Shown piece after piece: positions 1 through 12,300 of a DNA stretch of 64,000 nt. The notes under the pieces are model-generated. The model ran no database searches, was not told where the DNA came from, and was given only the letters and a program-made list of their open reading frames with translations. The DNA is from Basidiobolus meristosporus CBS 931.73 (lineage: Eukaryota; Fungi; Basidiobolomycota), in assembly GCA_002104905.1 (NCBI GenBank), contig MCFE01000419.1:14216-78215 (forward strand). The letters are read 5' to 3'. Positions within the stretch are counted from its first letter, which is position 1; each line of letters starts with the position of its first letter. The translations under genes were made by a program, and so were the position numbers.

Positions 1-123
1 TCCATAGCTACAGGGTCCTCCAAGTTTGCATATCCGCCCTGTTGTCTGGGGAGTTAGGCCGGGTATGGCTTGAGCAGTGCAACAGGAAGATACCTTTATG
101 CCAGCTAAACGGTCTCTACTCAT
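1..123 (-). CDS. 5' end of a probable syntaxin (Sso1/2-like t-SNARE) gene, running off the window
   Basis: ATG at 123; exon 123-94 reads MSRDRLAGIK (syntaxin-type RDRL N-peptide). Intron 93-39 has GTATCT, a CTAAC branch point and CAG. The next exon reads in frame GGYANLEDPVAME. Only ~23 codons are visible. Confidence 0.55.
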   Translation of the reverse strand, partial: MSRDRLAGIKVSSCCTAQAIPGLTPQTTGRICKLGGPCSYG

Positions 124-2373
124 TTTTTGTCCGAGAAACTAACCAGTCAAGTGTTGTGAGGTGAGGCGAGTCGGTGGATAGCAATACAAGCGGCTAAATC
201 CGTAGAGAAGGTGGGTTGAGAGAAAAGGTGGGCGGACTGAACAAAGAGAAATGGAGATGGATATTGTCAAGCTATGATCAATGATATCTTGGGTGAAACC
301 ACAGCTAATTATTTATTTATTTGGACTGGCCAGTTCGGATTGGATTCTCTTTTGACTCATGAATACCAGTATGTGAGGTTGGCTGGCGGACTATTTTTAG
401 CTTGGTATGGAGGGACAGATGAAGAGGACATGCCATATTTAGTCACATCTCGATATTCACATACCAATGAGAGGCAGGCGGCAAATTTTGGGTGGTATCC
501 AGCTTATCTTCGATTTGGCTTCAATTTATTTCGCCTCAGTGATTCTGGGCTGAGCAGTTTGGTGGACATCAGCATCATGATCAGTCGAGAGATTCGTGAT
601 CCGCTAAACCAACGCAGCCTACCAAATGCGTGGTGTTGAGTACGAGTGCTCGGCCCAATCAGGTGCCTTGCTCACGTTTCCTTGTCTATAGAGTTCGGAT
701 GTGACAAGAATCTGCTACCTTGGTGCTGCCAGACGCAATTCCACAGGGTTTTGCTATCCACGGAGCCCTGTTTGCTCTCAGAGCGTATGGGTGCTGTGCC
801 CACTGCGTCCACAACTGCTTGGCAATACGTGCCGTGTCGCAAGGCCTCTTGGTCTCTTTTGTAGTTGGCCTATGGTTTCCAGCGCCTGGGCAAGCTTGTG
901 CTTGCCACCCTGACTGTTCATAAGATCCGTTTTGACAACCGGATCGCTATGTCGCACACTTCTGAGACTTTTCATTGGTTGTATTCTGTACCTGTTCTTT
1001 GTGCACTTCACTGATCGGGGGAAGAGAATACAGACAAGGAAGAGGCTGTCTAGATGACGATTGGCTGTATGGGCCTTGGCCTACCGGTGCAGACTTGCTC
1101 TACTAGATAGAGCCTCGTAATCGGATGGCTCTATGGCTTCCAGCTCCCCTAGTTGGGGTGCAGTCTCTCTAGATCCTTGTCTATCCTTATTGGTGAGATC
1201 GAGAAAGCAGCAATTGCGTTGCCTGTGGTGGCAGCTTAACCTAGTGCCATAGTGCTCCAGCTGCAGCGACAGACACGTACATATCCTACTACCAGGCCAT
1301 CCCGACCAATGGCAGGCCCAACCAAGTCACATAGGTTTGGGAGAGAATTGCGTACCCAAGTCGCTTGGAAATGCGCTTATCAACATCCAGTGAAGCCGCC
1401 TGCAATCGCTGTCTCATGAGGCATCGGGGTCCATTGTTGGCAAATTAATATAAGTGAATCCGACATAAACCATCTCATTGGTAATGCCACCCTCCTGACA
1501 TATTTCCGTAAAAGGGGCCCTTCACCAGAACAATGATGCCCACATGGCAGCGAGATGCACCTCCAGGTTGAGGCTTGACGCGCCATTCCTGGAAATATAT
1601 GGGCCAAGGTTGAAGGGATATTGGAGAGCACTCATCAACCACCCTTTGAGCGCTAAACACCGATTTACAAATGGCCTGAAGCCCCTGGGCATGCTGCCTC
1701 ACTTACGCGATGGATTTGGAAGAATTGATTAACCACCATGGTGTGGAGACGAGATGACTGGGTAAACCCGCCTGGTGAAAGGCAGTTTATGTATCTACTG
1801 CAGCTATTTATGAACACACGACACCTCCGATACACCGCCGCTACACACATGATCAAGACCGCTGCCAAGAGCAACAAAGAATTGCGTAGACATGGGGGCA
1901 GCAGTCGGGTGACTGCTATTTGTCCAGTCTTGCAGCGTTCTTTGTAGCGGTATCCAGTTTGGTTGAAGTGTTGCCGCGCATGTTGGCAGATGAGCGACTC
2001 CAAATATTTTGAACCAGCTGAGCTTCTGTAAATCAAACCCAATCCATTTGCAGCAGCGTTGATTTACTCAAACAATAGACCTCAACACTGGTGTTATTCC
2101 TAGAATACTTCTGGCATCGAAGTAAAACATTCCATTTACTAATTAGGGTTGATTGAGGTTCATATCTGAGCCTCAGGAGGCAGCCTGAGTCAATAAACTC
2201 CCTTCCCGACCTATATAAGCCTGGCACTTCTCCCGAACTCACCACTTGGAATTTGCAGAGGACCATCACATCACCTTCATCACCCTACACTATTTATCCT
2301 AGCGCCGACTTCCATCAAGTCCACGCCTACCACTGTTCATAATCGATCTCCTTCCTCTTCCTCCAATCGCAAA

Positions 2374-3571
2374 ATGCCTTCTTACGATGTAGGTGCTTGG
2401 TAGATTGTTCGTGACTGTAGCTGACCGTTACCTATAGGGCGATACCCCTAGTCAAATGGAGAAGGGAGTTCGCAGCGTAATGTCTGCCGCTGAGTTTAAT
2501 AAAGCGGTTAGTAATATAAGAGCATCATGTCGAGGTTGTAGAAGATGAATAGTGAACATGGACTTTAGCTGGAAGAGCTCAGTGAACTACGCCAAAGATG
2601 TGAAATCAACATCATCGAGATAGACGAAAAATACCAGGCTTCATTAGACATATTAACTCCGCAAGAATCAGCCGGTACTATTTGTATAATCGTGGAACCC
2701 AATCCGATCGGAAATCCTTAACCCCACTTGCTCTTTAGAAAATTCCTCACAGTTGAGAGAACTCTCTACTCGAACAACCTCCATGCTGGGGCTGGGCAAA
2801 GAGCATCTAAAAGGTACAAAAATAACCCAGTAGTCGGTTGCCAAGTGTATCTTACTTACTCAACTATCCTGTAGTTCTTTATAGGAACATCCTTCAATCT
2901 GATGATGTAGAGCTACGTAGAAAAAGGGTAAGTATTGCTGTGTAAGTGGGTATAATAATGGAGGTTAAACCAATGCAGTGTGCAGGTGCAAAGCAACAGC
3001 TTGAGAGTACCGTTAAAAAATACCGAGAGACAGAGAGGAATGGACAGGAGAACTACAGAAATGTTTTGAGACGCCATTATGTCATGGTGAATCCAGAGGC
3101 CACTGAAGTAGAGATCGAGGACTATGTCGCAAGTGAGCCGAACGATCAGATATTCGCAAGTGCGGTATGTAGGCACCGATAGACTACTGACCACCTCCAT
3201 ACAGGGAATGTAATTAACCATTCGGGGTTTCTTTAAAATAGATCCTGCGGAAGAACAACGCTAAGGCCACGGCCCAACTAGTAAGAGACCGTCACCAAGA
3301 TATCGTGGAAATCACGAGGATGATCGTGGAACTGGACTCACTATTCAGACAAGTTCACGAAATGGTCGAGGAGCAGCAAGAAATTATCCAACACGTCGAA
3401 GAGAAGGTCGTGGTTGCCAACGACCAACTGAGCGAGGGTAATCGAGAATTGGATAGAACTAAAAAAATCATGTTGCAGTTACGGGCGAAATACAAAATGC
3501 TAACACTGATAGCGATCATCATCTTGGTTGTTGTTGCAGTGGTGATCTATATCGCCATTAGGAAAAAATGA
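2374..3571 (+). CDS. Syntaxin, Sso1/Sso2-like Qa-SNARE (7 predicted exons)
   Basis: Spliced reading gives helical N-terminal segments, then NPEATEVEIEDY...DQIFASA, then the SNARE motif VRDRHQDIVEITRMIVELDSLFRQVHEMVEEQQEIIQHVEE with zero-layer Q, and a C-terminal TM (MLTLIAIIILVVVAVVIYIAI-RKK*). All introns are GT-AG; the first is 2389-2437. Confidence 0.9.
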
Positions 3572-6337
3572 AGCAGCTTGCTTGCCTTATATTCCATTGA
3601 ATCCCAAAATCCATCAGCTTTTGCTTAGTAGCCACATACATCACATCTATATATCATGGCAGGCAGATTAACGGATTATCCGCAAATAAAGATAACGGAT
3701 TCATGCTCCATACAAGTATCTCGTATCTAACCGCACCATAACTGGATTCCTGTCACTTTAAAGCAAAATAAGTCTTGGTTTCCGACGCTGCACCCCAAGT
3801 ATTATACTCGGTAAGAATCCGCATCGAAAATTAACGGGAAATGCGGCCTGGGGCTTGATGAATGGGTAGCATGGAGCGAAACTCAGTAAAGCCAGAGTCA
3901 TCCTTGGGGGCGCACTTAATTCCAATGGACTCCGTCATATATATGGAGCTTATGCCCTTTGACTTGTTAGGTTTTGCGTCAACGCGAAGAGGGAGTTAAA
4001 GAGTATCTCTTGAGATGTTGCAATTACTGCTGGGAGAATATACTCAAACTAGTATTCGTTTCCGCAGGTTCCCCTTAATCTCCAAACCAAATTTATCATG
4101 TTGCTTGTCAGATATTTATATGTTATTGTGAGTATATGCGGTTTCATCCTAATGTTTCTGACTTTCAACATGTTTATTCAACAGCGTCTGAGTCTTGCTA
4201 GCACGCGATAATCCTGGTTTAACCAGAGTTTTTCTTCAAAGTAGCAACACATTAGTCTATAGCGGAGGTGTTATTTTATTCAATTCATTCAATGGGTCTG
4301 TGTACGAGACCAAACTTGGAAGCGGCCAGAGTGCCGAAGAGAATCTATGTGTGCTCCTTGTGTGAGGGGCTTTGAAGGCATGGAAATCGGGCTTTAATGC
4401 GGGAATGGACGGATAGATGAATTAATGCAAGTATCAGTGGACCAAAAGGTTTGATATCATGCGGCTGCTTTGGTGCTAAATGTCAAGCATCTACATTGCT
4501 GAAATCTTGATTGGCTCCGATACACCCGATGAGAGATCTTGTGAGCCATCACAGGCTTGAGCTGAAGAATCTACGGGCTTATTTGCAGGACAGAAGCTCC
4601 CAGCGTGGTCATTGACCTGAAAGAGGGTAGCGAACGTCTCGTGGATATAACCGGTGCTGGCCAGGATATTGATTCCCAATTGATCCATTGCTGGTGAGTG
4701 AGGCAATAATTGGATGTATACCACGGATATGCAGTTGGTTCGATGGAAACCTGAGTGCTGAGCTGCTGGCGATACTCGGGGTTTCTTTTATAGGAGGAAG
4801 AAGTGATCTCTTCAGCAGTTGAAGCTGTACACTTCCGCACCGATCCTCTATAGTGCCCACCAGAGATTTTTGGCCGCCGTGTGCAGGGGCTATGCTACTC
4901 TTCATGTATTGTTCCGCTGGATTCAGTTTGAGAGACTCTCTGATTATTGGTTGGCGGTGGGCCATGGTTGAAACAAACAGGAGCCCATTGAAAATCCAAT
5001 AATTGAGAGACAGTGCATTCTGACGCAGGGTGGGTTGATCACAATTATGAATCTAGGAATCATCAGCAATTTGAAACACGGATGCTCATTGCGGCATATT
5101 CCTATGCGTTGGGTTTCAATGGGGTTAATCCTCATGCTTGGGGACTTGGCACTAACCCATTATTTCGGCAAAATTGGTCTGAACATAGATAGAGGATAGA
5201 GGTTTCAAGCTTCGAAATCGATGCTCCGCACAGATATGGGAGTGCATCCATAATCGCCCGCCATTGTTGGATAGTTGCTAGTTATGACATCACATTCGGT
5301 TGAAGCCTCTTGGCTGTGTACAGGGATGTCGAAAAGCTCAGTGTGATGTATATCGGTTTGTTTAAGGTGGACAAACCTGAGCAGAATAGCAGTGGATATG
5401 TGCACCTCGTTATGCGGATGTGGCAGAGTTAAGTTCCAGCAGCAACCTTGGACTTCGCTGCAGATTATCGTGACCTACTTCTTCTCTGCTCAAGGTCCAT
5501 TTCATCTAATGAAGTACGCAAAGAACACCCCACACAGAGAGCAAGAGTGTGGGGTGATGGAATAGCTACCACAATATTATACTACAATTGGGAGGACATT
5601 CGGTATCAGTGTTGCAAGGGGATAGACTTCGATAGAACTATTGCTGACAGCTTTATCTAATGGTCAGACGCTGTAAAGATGGGCAGCTAATCTATCGATT
5701 TATGTGATGAGTATCCAGCCTGCTCATGAAGACATAATTCCCAACGTGGCGTAGTGTTTAGGTCAGCCTCATTCCCTTCCTATCTCCAGCCACCACCACC
5801 ACAGCAACTATGATCCAAGCAACATGGACCATACCCAAATCCCAGATTGGTAACAGCACGTTGTTATAACTTTTGGCCCACTAATATAGACACCCAAGCC
5901 TGATTAAATAATATATCAAAATCCAAAGTACATGAAGGGAAACAATCCACTCATTATGCAAACTATGGTACCAGCAGCACATATCTGGTTAAATTTAGCA
6001 GAATTGCTTCAGTAATCACTGAATGACTTCGGCAGCGTATGTTGCTAAATCTGGAAATACTGATTTATAAATAGAGCCGTAAAAATAAATCTCCAGCTTA
6101 GCTAACTAATCCTAACCCTAAGCTTTGTTACTCGTTACAATCATACTTGAGATTAACTTCAGTAGGAATGATTGGTACTTTCCTATGATAGCATTCATAG
6201 GAAAATGATTAATTCGTACTGCGTATATATTCCCTTTCTTTTAACGAGTAGCGATACTTTGAACTCTTTTATTAATACCATCTTAAGTTCTTCTCTATCA
6301 AAGATTCGAAACAGGCTGATATAATCTTGGTGTGACA

Positions 6338-9300
6338 ATGCCTGATTCTGAGGGAATTCCAATCCCTGCGAGAAGGGGGACAAATGGCTCACTTTCAATT
6401 CAAGTACCCAAAAAGCCCTCAGTTGGTAGCTTTGGTAGAAAGGCGGGCGGTGCTTTCAAACGGAATAATGCCGTTTACTCGAAACCAGACGAAAATAAAA
6501 AGTTCATTTTTGGTCTATTAGAGAAGCTTCAGAAGAGGAAAAGGCCGCCTCCCTTAATGTCTTGGAGTTATCAAACCGAAGAGGGATTAACCGTCTCCGA
6601 AGAAGTAGTGGATATGGTTATGCAACTAAGAGATGCCCTTGCCATCTGTGATGTAGGCCAGGACCCAAATTCCAACTACAACCAATCTTATGAAAACAGT
6701 CCAATCGAAGGGTACGTCCGTGAGGATTTACAATATGCAACTCGCACCATTTCCGAATACACGGCACCCGATTTCTATCACACACGTAGCTAAAAAGCTA
6801 ACATACATTCTCCCTACCTTTAGGAGCCCATCAAGTTCTCCGTCTCGCTCTCGTTCTCCTGTGAGCTCACATCGCTCCTTCTCTCCTTCTCCTTCTCGGA
6901 AGAACAAGAAAATGTTCGACATTATGATGACTAGCGATGAAATCTTTCTGGAGAAAATCCTTGATATGGTTTCTGATCTAGTTCAATATGAAAGCCGCTA
7001 TCCAATTGCTGTTCCTAAGCTTACACGACCACCATTTATTCTGCAGTCAGTTTTACTAGACTTGGCGCAGTTGCTAATTGAGCGATATCCGCCTAACCCT
7101 AGATTTTACTACCAAGTGGGGATTAATTTTGTTACAGCGCTGTATACCTTCAAAGGCTTCATGTACCAGAGGCTTCTACTACTCTATTACAACACGATTA
7201 TACCCTGTTTGCTACCAAGGGGTGCCCCCAAAATTCCGACTAGCGTAAACAGACATAGCAGGAAAGCTTCCACCATGACCCAAGGTAATAACTTCAGGAA
7301 TTTACTTACCACAGCCTATATTAAACACAGCCGTTTCTAGAATCTGCCAGTATTACCATTACTCTCCCGGAGCCTTCATCCCCGCCCGCCATGGCTTCAG
7401 ACTCTCATTATTTGGGACCACAGTTTACCGATCAGGCTGATGATGTAGGGGAAAGCTGGAGAATGGGGAACAGAGACCGTGGGGCTCATTATCGTAAACG
7501 ATCAAGTTTCTCATCCACCTACTCGGATGATTTGGAGCTTCGTAACAGCTATTCTTCAATATGTGAGCCAGTACTACTCGCTTTGTTGCATAATACTAAG
7601 GGTTCGGAGATGGCGCTTGTCAGTCTTTACCATAGCCATCTATTGATCGATTTGATCATCTCAAATAAGCCCGATGTATACATCAACATCTTAAATGTGG
7701 TCGCTTACGGTAGCCAAGAAGTCCGCTATCGTGCTTTGCAGATTCTCTTTCAATATTGGGAGCATGGAGCTGGCCATCTGCTGATTGCTGAACCGTTGCC
7801 CAAAATTGATTACAAATCTGATCTGGAGCTGAAGAATAATCAGGAGCTTCGAAATGAACCACAGCTATCGAATGATCCAATAGCCAGTACAAATTCAAGC
7901 GCCTCTGAGGACTGGCACGACCACGAATACTATCCGCATCTGTACCTAGCGGATGGGCCTAGCTCTCACAACTCTGAGCAATCGGTATGCATTTGTACTC
8001 ATTGTCTGAATCATATTGATTATTTTGGAGTTCGATGCCATGGGTGCGGAAACAATGTCCATTATTCCTGTTATAACGCTGCCAGACTGCAATTCTACGG
8101 AGAAGAGTCGGGCATATCCACTTTACAATCAATTCCTTATTCGTATATCACCCCAAACCCTCGAATAGCCTTGTTGAGTCCAAAATATCCTGAAGGGACT
8201 ACTACCGTACGCATTGGTCCTCACAACTATCGACAGGTCAATACATTATGCTTATTAGCCTGTAATATTTGCTTGGATCCTTTATGGGGAATCTCACACC
8301 AGGGATATCATTGCGAAGGATGTGGTCGCCTAGCACATTTCGAGTGTATACACGCATGCGCAAAACTAGAATGCGGAGAGCAACGCCAATCTCACACTCT
8401 GACAATCACGCAGAAGAGAATACAAGAGCGCTTTGTTTCCCATTATTCGGATATCTTGCTTAAGCCAGGGACTCTGAACGACTACAGTTACGAAGAGTTA
8501 ACACTTATCCTAGATATTCTTAGGCTGCAGAAACAATTGTTTGATAGCTCCATCATGTCCGGCTATGTGGTGTTTGATTTTTCAACTGGAGAGTCGACCT
8601 CACTGAGTCTTCCTGAATTAGACTCTGCTATCGCGTTGATCGATTCCCAAATCATAGCAACGGTTGCTTCAGGCATCACCAATTCATTTATGGGCTACTT
8701 TTTTGGATTGAATCGAACAACCGCCCATAGTTTGATATTTTCAAGGGTGCACCTTGTTCAGATGACACTCTTGATGAAGTACCAGTCTAGAAACGATAGT
8801 GCTGGCGGAAGTCTCTTGCAAGTGTATTTACCTGAGCCAGAAGAGGAGCTACTGCAACGGGAGAGTTTAACTTGCCAGGAGGTTGAAGCCTGGATACGTA
8901 AGGAATGCAAATTCCACACCAATCTAGTCGTTAAGCAACTGATTCAATCGATGAGTGATCTGGGATTCTTAGAAGGGTTGTTTACATCACCGGATTATGT
9001 AAGTAATATGGGACCGCAAACTAGCAGCCCGAATGATGGAATAGACATATTCAAGAGCAAACATTCCACAGCTGAGATCATCTTCCCAATTCCTTATGTG
9101 ATCGAGCCCTCTCCAACTGTAGAAATACTCTTATCAGCAATCGAAACATGTCTATCTGACATAGACCTGTCAGTCAATGAATGCGGGTTCCTGTTGCTAA
9201 CGCGTAGATGTTGGCCACACCCACTCATGTCTCATTATTGCCTTGAGCATTTGACAAGATCCGTTCTGTATTGGCTATACGATGAGGACAACCGACTATC

Positions 9301-12300
9301 TGTCATCCATTTGGAGTATACATCCAAGAGATTATCCCCGCCAGGGGTGCGCCAGGTCTTAGAGGAAAAACGACTACTAGCTACCGTTAATCCAGCCATT
9401 GCTAGTAAATATACTTTTGTTCATAGCAGAACTGGTGGCGGTGCCTATGTTACCGCTAGACGTGGGTTAAAGGACAAGTACATATACAGATGGTTAAAGG
9501 CCATCCACAATCTAGATCACGAATTATATTCCCGAACAGTCTACCAACAAACAGAAATAGCTGAAAAGAGACTCTGGCAGGTTGCGCAAGGAGTATTGCC
9601 ACCAGAAAGTCATGATACAGGGAAAAAAGGCCCCACTGCGTTGTTCAACTCTGGCGCTGCTACGAGCCTGACGAACACTAGCAAAGGCAATCGTTTTGAG
9701 AATTTCCTGGATTGTTTCTTTAGGCTCAAGAATAATGGTCTGGTGTTCTCGTGCTATGACCGGATTCTAGCTTACTGGTTTGAAGATGTGCTCAAAGCGT
9801 TTGGAAGCTCTAGCAGTTTAACAGATGATCTAACAGAGGGGATATTGACTTCATCGGATATCAAGGCACTTCAAAGACTTCTCAATGGAGGAATCAAGGC
9901 TGGGCCTGTTTCCAACCTGGAGCAAATTTATAAGAGTGTTGACCCTAATCAGCACCTCGGGGTACCTACTTCTACGACATCGAAAACCAATCCCACCAAT
10001 GGGCCAGAGTATGTAGAGGAGAGCCCTATTACCATGATATATCGTAGATTTATTTTGGCCAAGAACAACTTCGAGAGGATGAAAGCGTTGGATTGGCTAC
10101 GTATCCTCATAGCTGGAGGTGCCACAGTTCCCAACTCAGTATTTACAGACTTGTGTCAAATCCTACGCGATTCTGACGCATCATCGCCAGGAATGGGTTC
10201 CCCCGGTCAAGGCAAATCGCCAGACTCATTCTATCGGAGTTCAAATACCCTGACCAATGTATCGGTGTACGTAAGGATACTTCAGATGATATGGAGCAAC
10301 ACCAAACACTCAGATTCAGAGACAAGAGAGATTGCGAATATCTTGACAACTATCAACGAGGCCAACTATAATCAGATTTGCCAGGTGTTCCAAGATTGTG
10401 AAGCGAACACAACGCCGGAGCTATATTCACAACAATTTCTAGACAGTGAGATCAACACCATTTCGATCTTTGTCAAGTACAACTTGGTCTTGATCTTGCA
10501 TATCTTGGGGTGCCCTTATGATAAAATCGAAGCTGCTGAGATCTTACCAGTCAACAGCGAGTTGTGCTTTCATCATGGTAACTCAGCGTCAGCCCCTGAT
10601 ACTGGGGCGAATTCCCTTGATAGCGATAAGGCATTCGAGGTCGAGAAAGTCAAAGAGATAATGACATATATTGCCAGCTATTCAGAGCATTCCAAGTTGA
10701 ATATTCACGTAGAGCTCATCAAGACGTTGTATCTCATCACTAGCCACGATTTTGAGGACGAAACTGGTCTTACCTCTAAAGAGCTTTTGCACAGCAAACT
10801 GCTAAAAATCATCTGGGAGTTAATGTCACCCAACTACGATTTCTTGGCAGAGTTCTCCTTGTCGGTATTTATGCGAACGATTAAGCTTTATCCCGAAGAG
10901 TTCCATGAATTCATCGAGGGTATTTTTACCTCGGAGGATTGGGAAACTCGGTACAAAAATCTGGACAATGGATTCGGTATATTCTTCAAGACTACCCGTG
11001 ATTTTGAGACTTTGCATAGAGATAGTCTTCATTTACTGGGCCCGGTATATAACTACTGTGTAGCTAGCTTATGGGACAAAAACCAAAACGTGAGTAACAA
11101 AGGTTTGACTATAGCTAGATCTATGCGCTCCACCAACCAGCAGAATGCCTTGAAAGCCTGGGAAATGTACTTTGCTGAAGAGAAATCGGTAGCAGAGAAG
11201 ACCAAGATTGTACAGTACATGACAAGATTGAACGCAATATTCCCTGGATTGCAGGTGTTTGATTGGGAGCCTTTAACGTTTACTCTGCTGAAGTACGATA
11301 CAAGCGCTGCGGACAAAGCACAGAGGAGATCAAGTGGACTACCTCCGACCAGATCACATCCTCCCGGGAATACCTCGTCAAAGAACGGCAATCGAATAGA
11401 GATCTCTGCGCCAGCAGGCAAAACTCCCTTAGGTGATATCGAGAATCTGAAGGCATCCTTAATGACTCTGGCATTGCAGATGCTAGCTAATAGTGTCAAG
11501 ATATCTTCTTCGGAATTGGTCAGACTAAAGTCAGCGGTGGTCATCCACCTCGGTTTTGAGGATTGTAAGATCGACTGGCAGGCTCCAAAAAACAAAGAAG
11601 TTACATTTGGGGCACTGCCCCATACGGCTGATTGGAACTCACACATTCTGTTGAATGTGTTCGTGCTTGGAATCAAACGTGTGCTCGACAACGTTCCTCT
11701 ACCTAAGAAGCCTCACCGGAAACATGAGGAGTCCTCCAATGGGCCTATAGTTAGTGGTATTACTGCGAGCATTGGGCCAGAAATGCTATCACAATCAAAG
11801 TACCACGAGTCTCACACACTTACAGAAGACGGAGACAACTCAGCTGACAACATGGTTCCTGGCACATGGTTTGTGGATGTAATACTGAAGATGTTTCTCA
11901 GTTGCAACGAGCTCTATGCCTTACCTACTGTCATGTTGAAATCATGGTTAGAGTTGATGCTGATCATTGTCAATAAGGTAAATGAGGATTTAATATTCGC
12001 CTTGAGCTTCTTGCTAACTTTGAGACTCTAGTACGAACTTGACGAAACTGTGATTCCTGTCATGCGTCGTATCACCGAAATCGTGTCTATCGATATCAAC
12101 GATGAGAACAAACAGCTTGCCATTGCGGTGTGCTATTCCCTTCTCAAGAAGCCTGGCAAGCTGTCAGCACTTTTGTTATCAAAGCAAATCATCGCCATGG
12201 GAAAGTTGCTGTGCAAGGCACGCGATTCCCCACAGGATATAGCTGCTCTCAAAGCAAAGGAATTCCTGCGAGAGGCTTTCTATAAGTTTGCAGATAACTG

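Noticed and set aside
11053-11691. 212-aa antisense ORF, and similar shadow ORFs over genes and TEs
   Set aside because: It lies opposite a long coding exon and has no recognisable motif; this is the expected codon-bias shadow.
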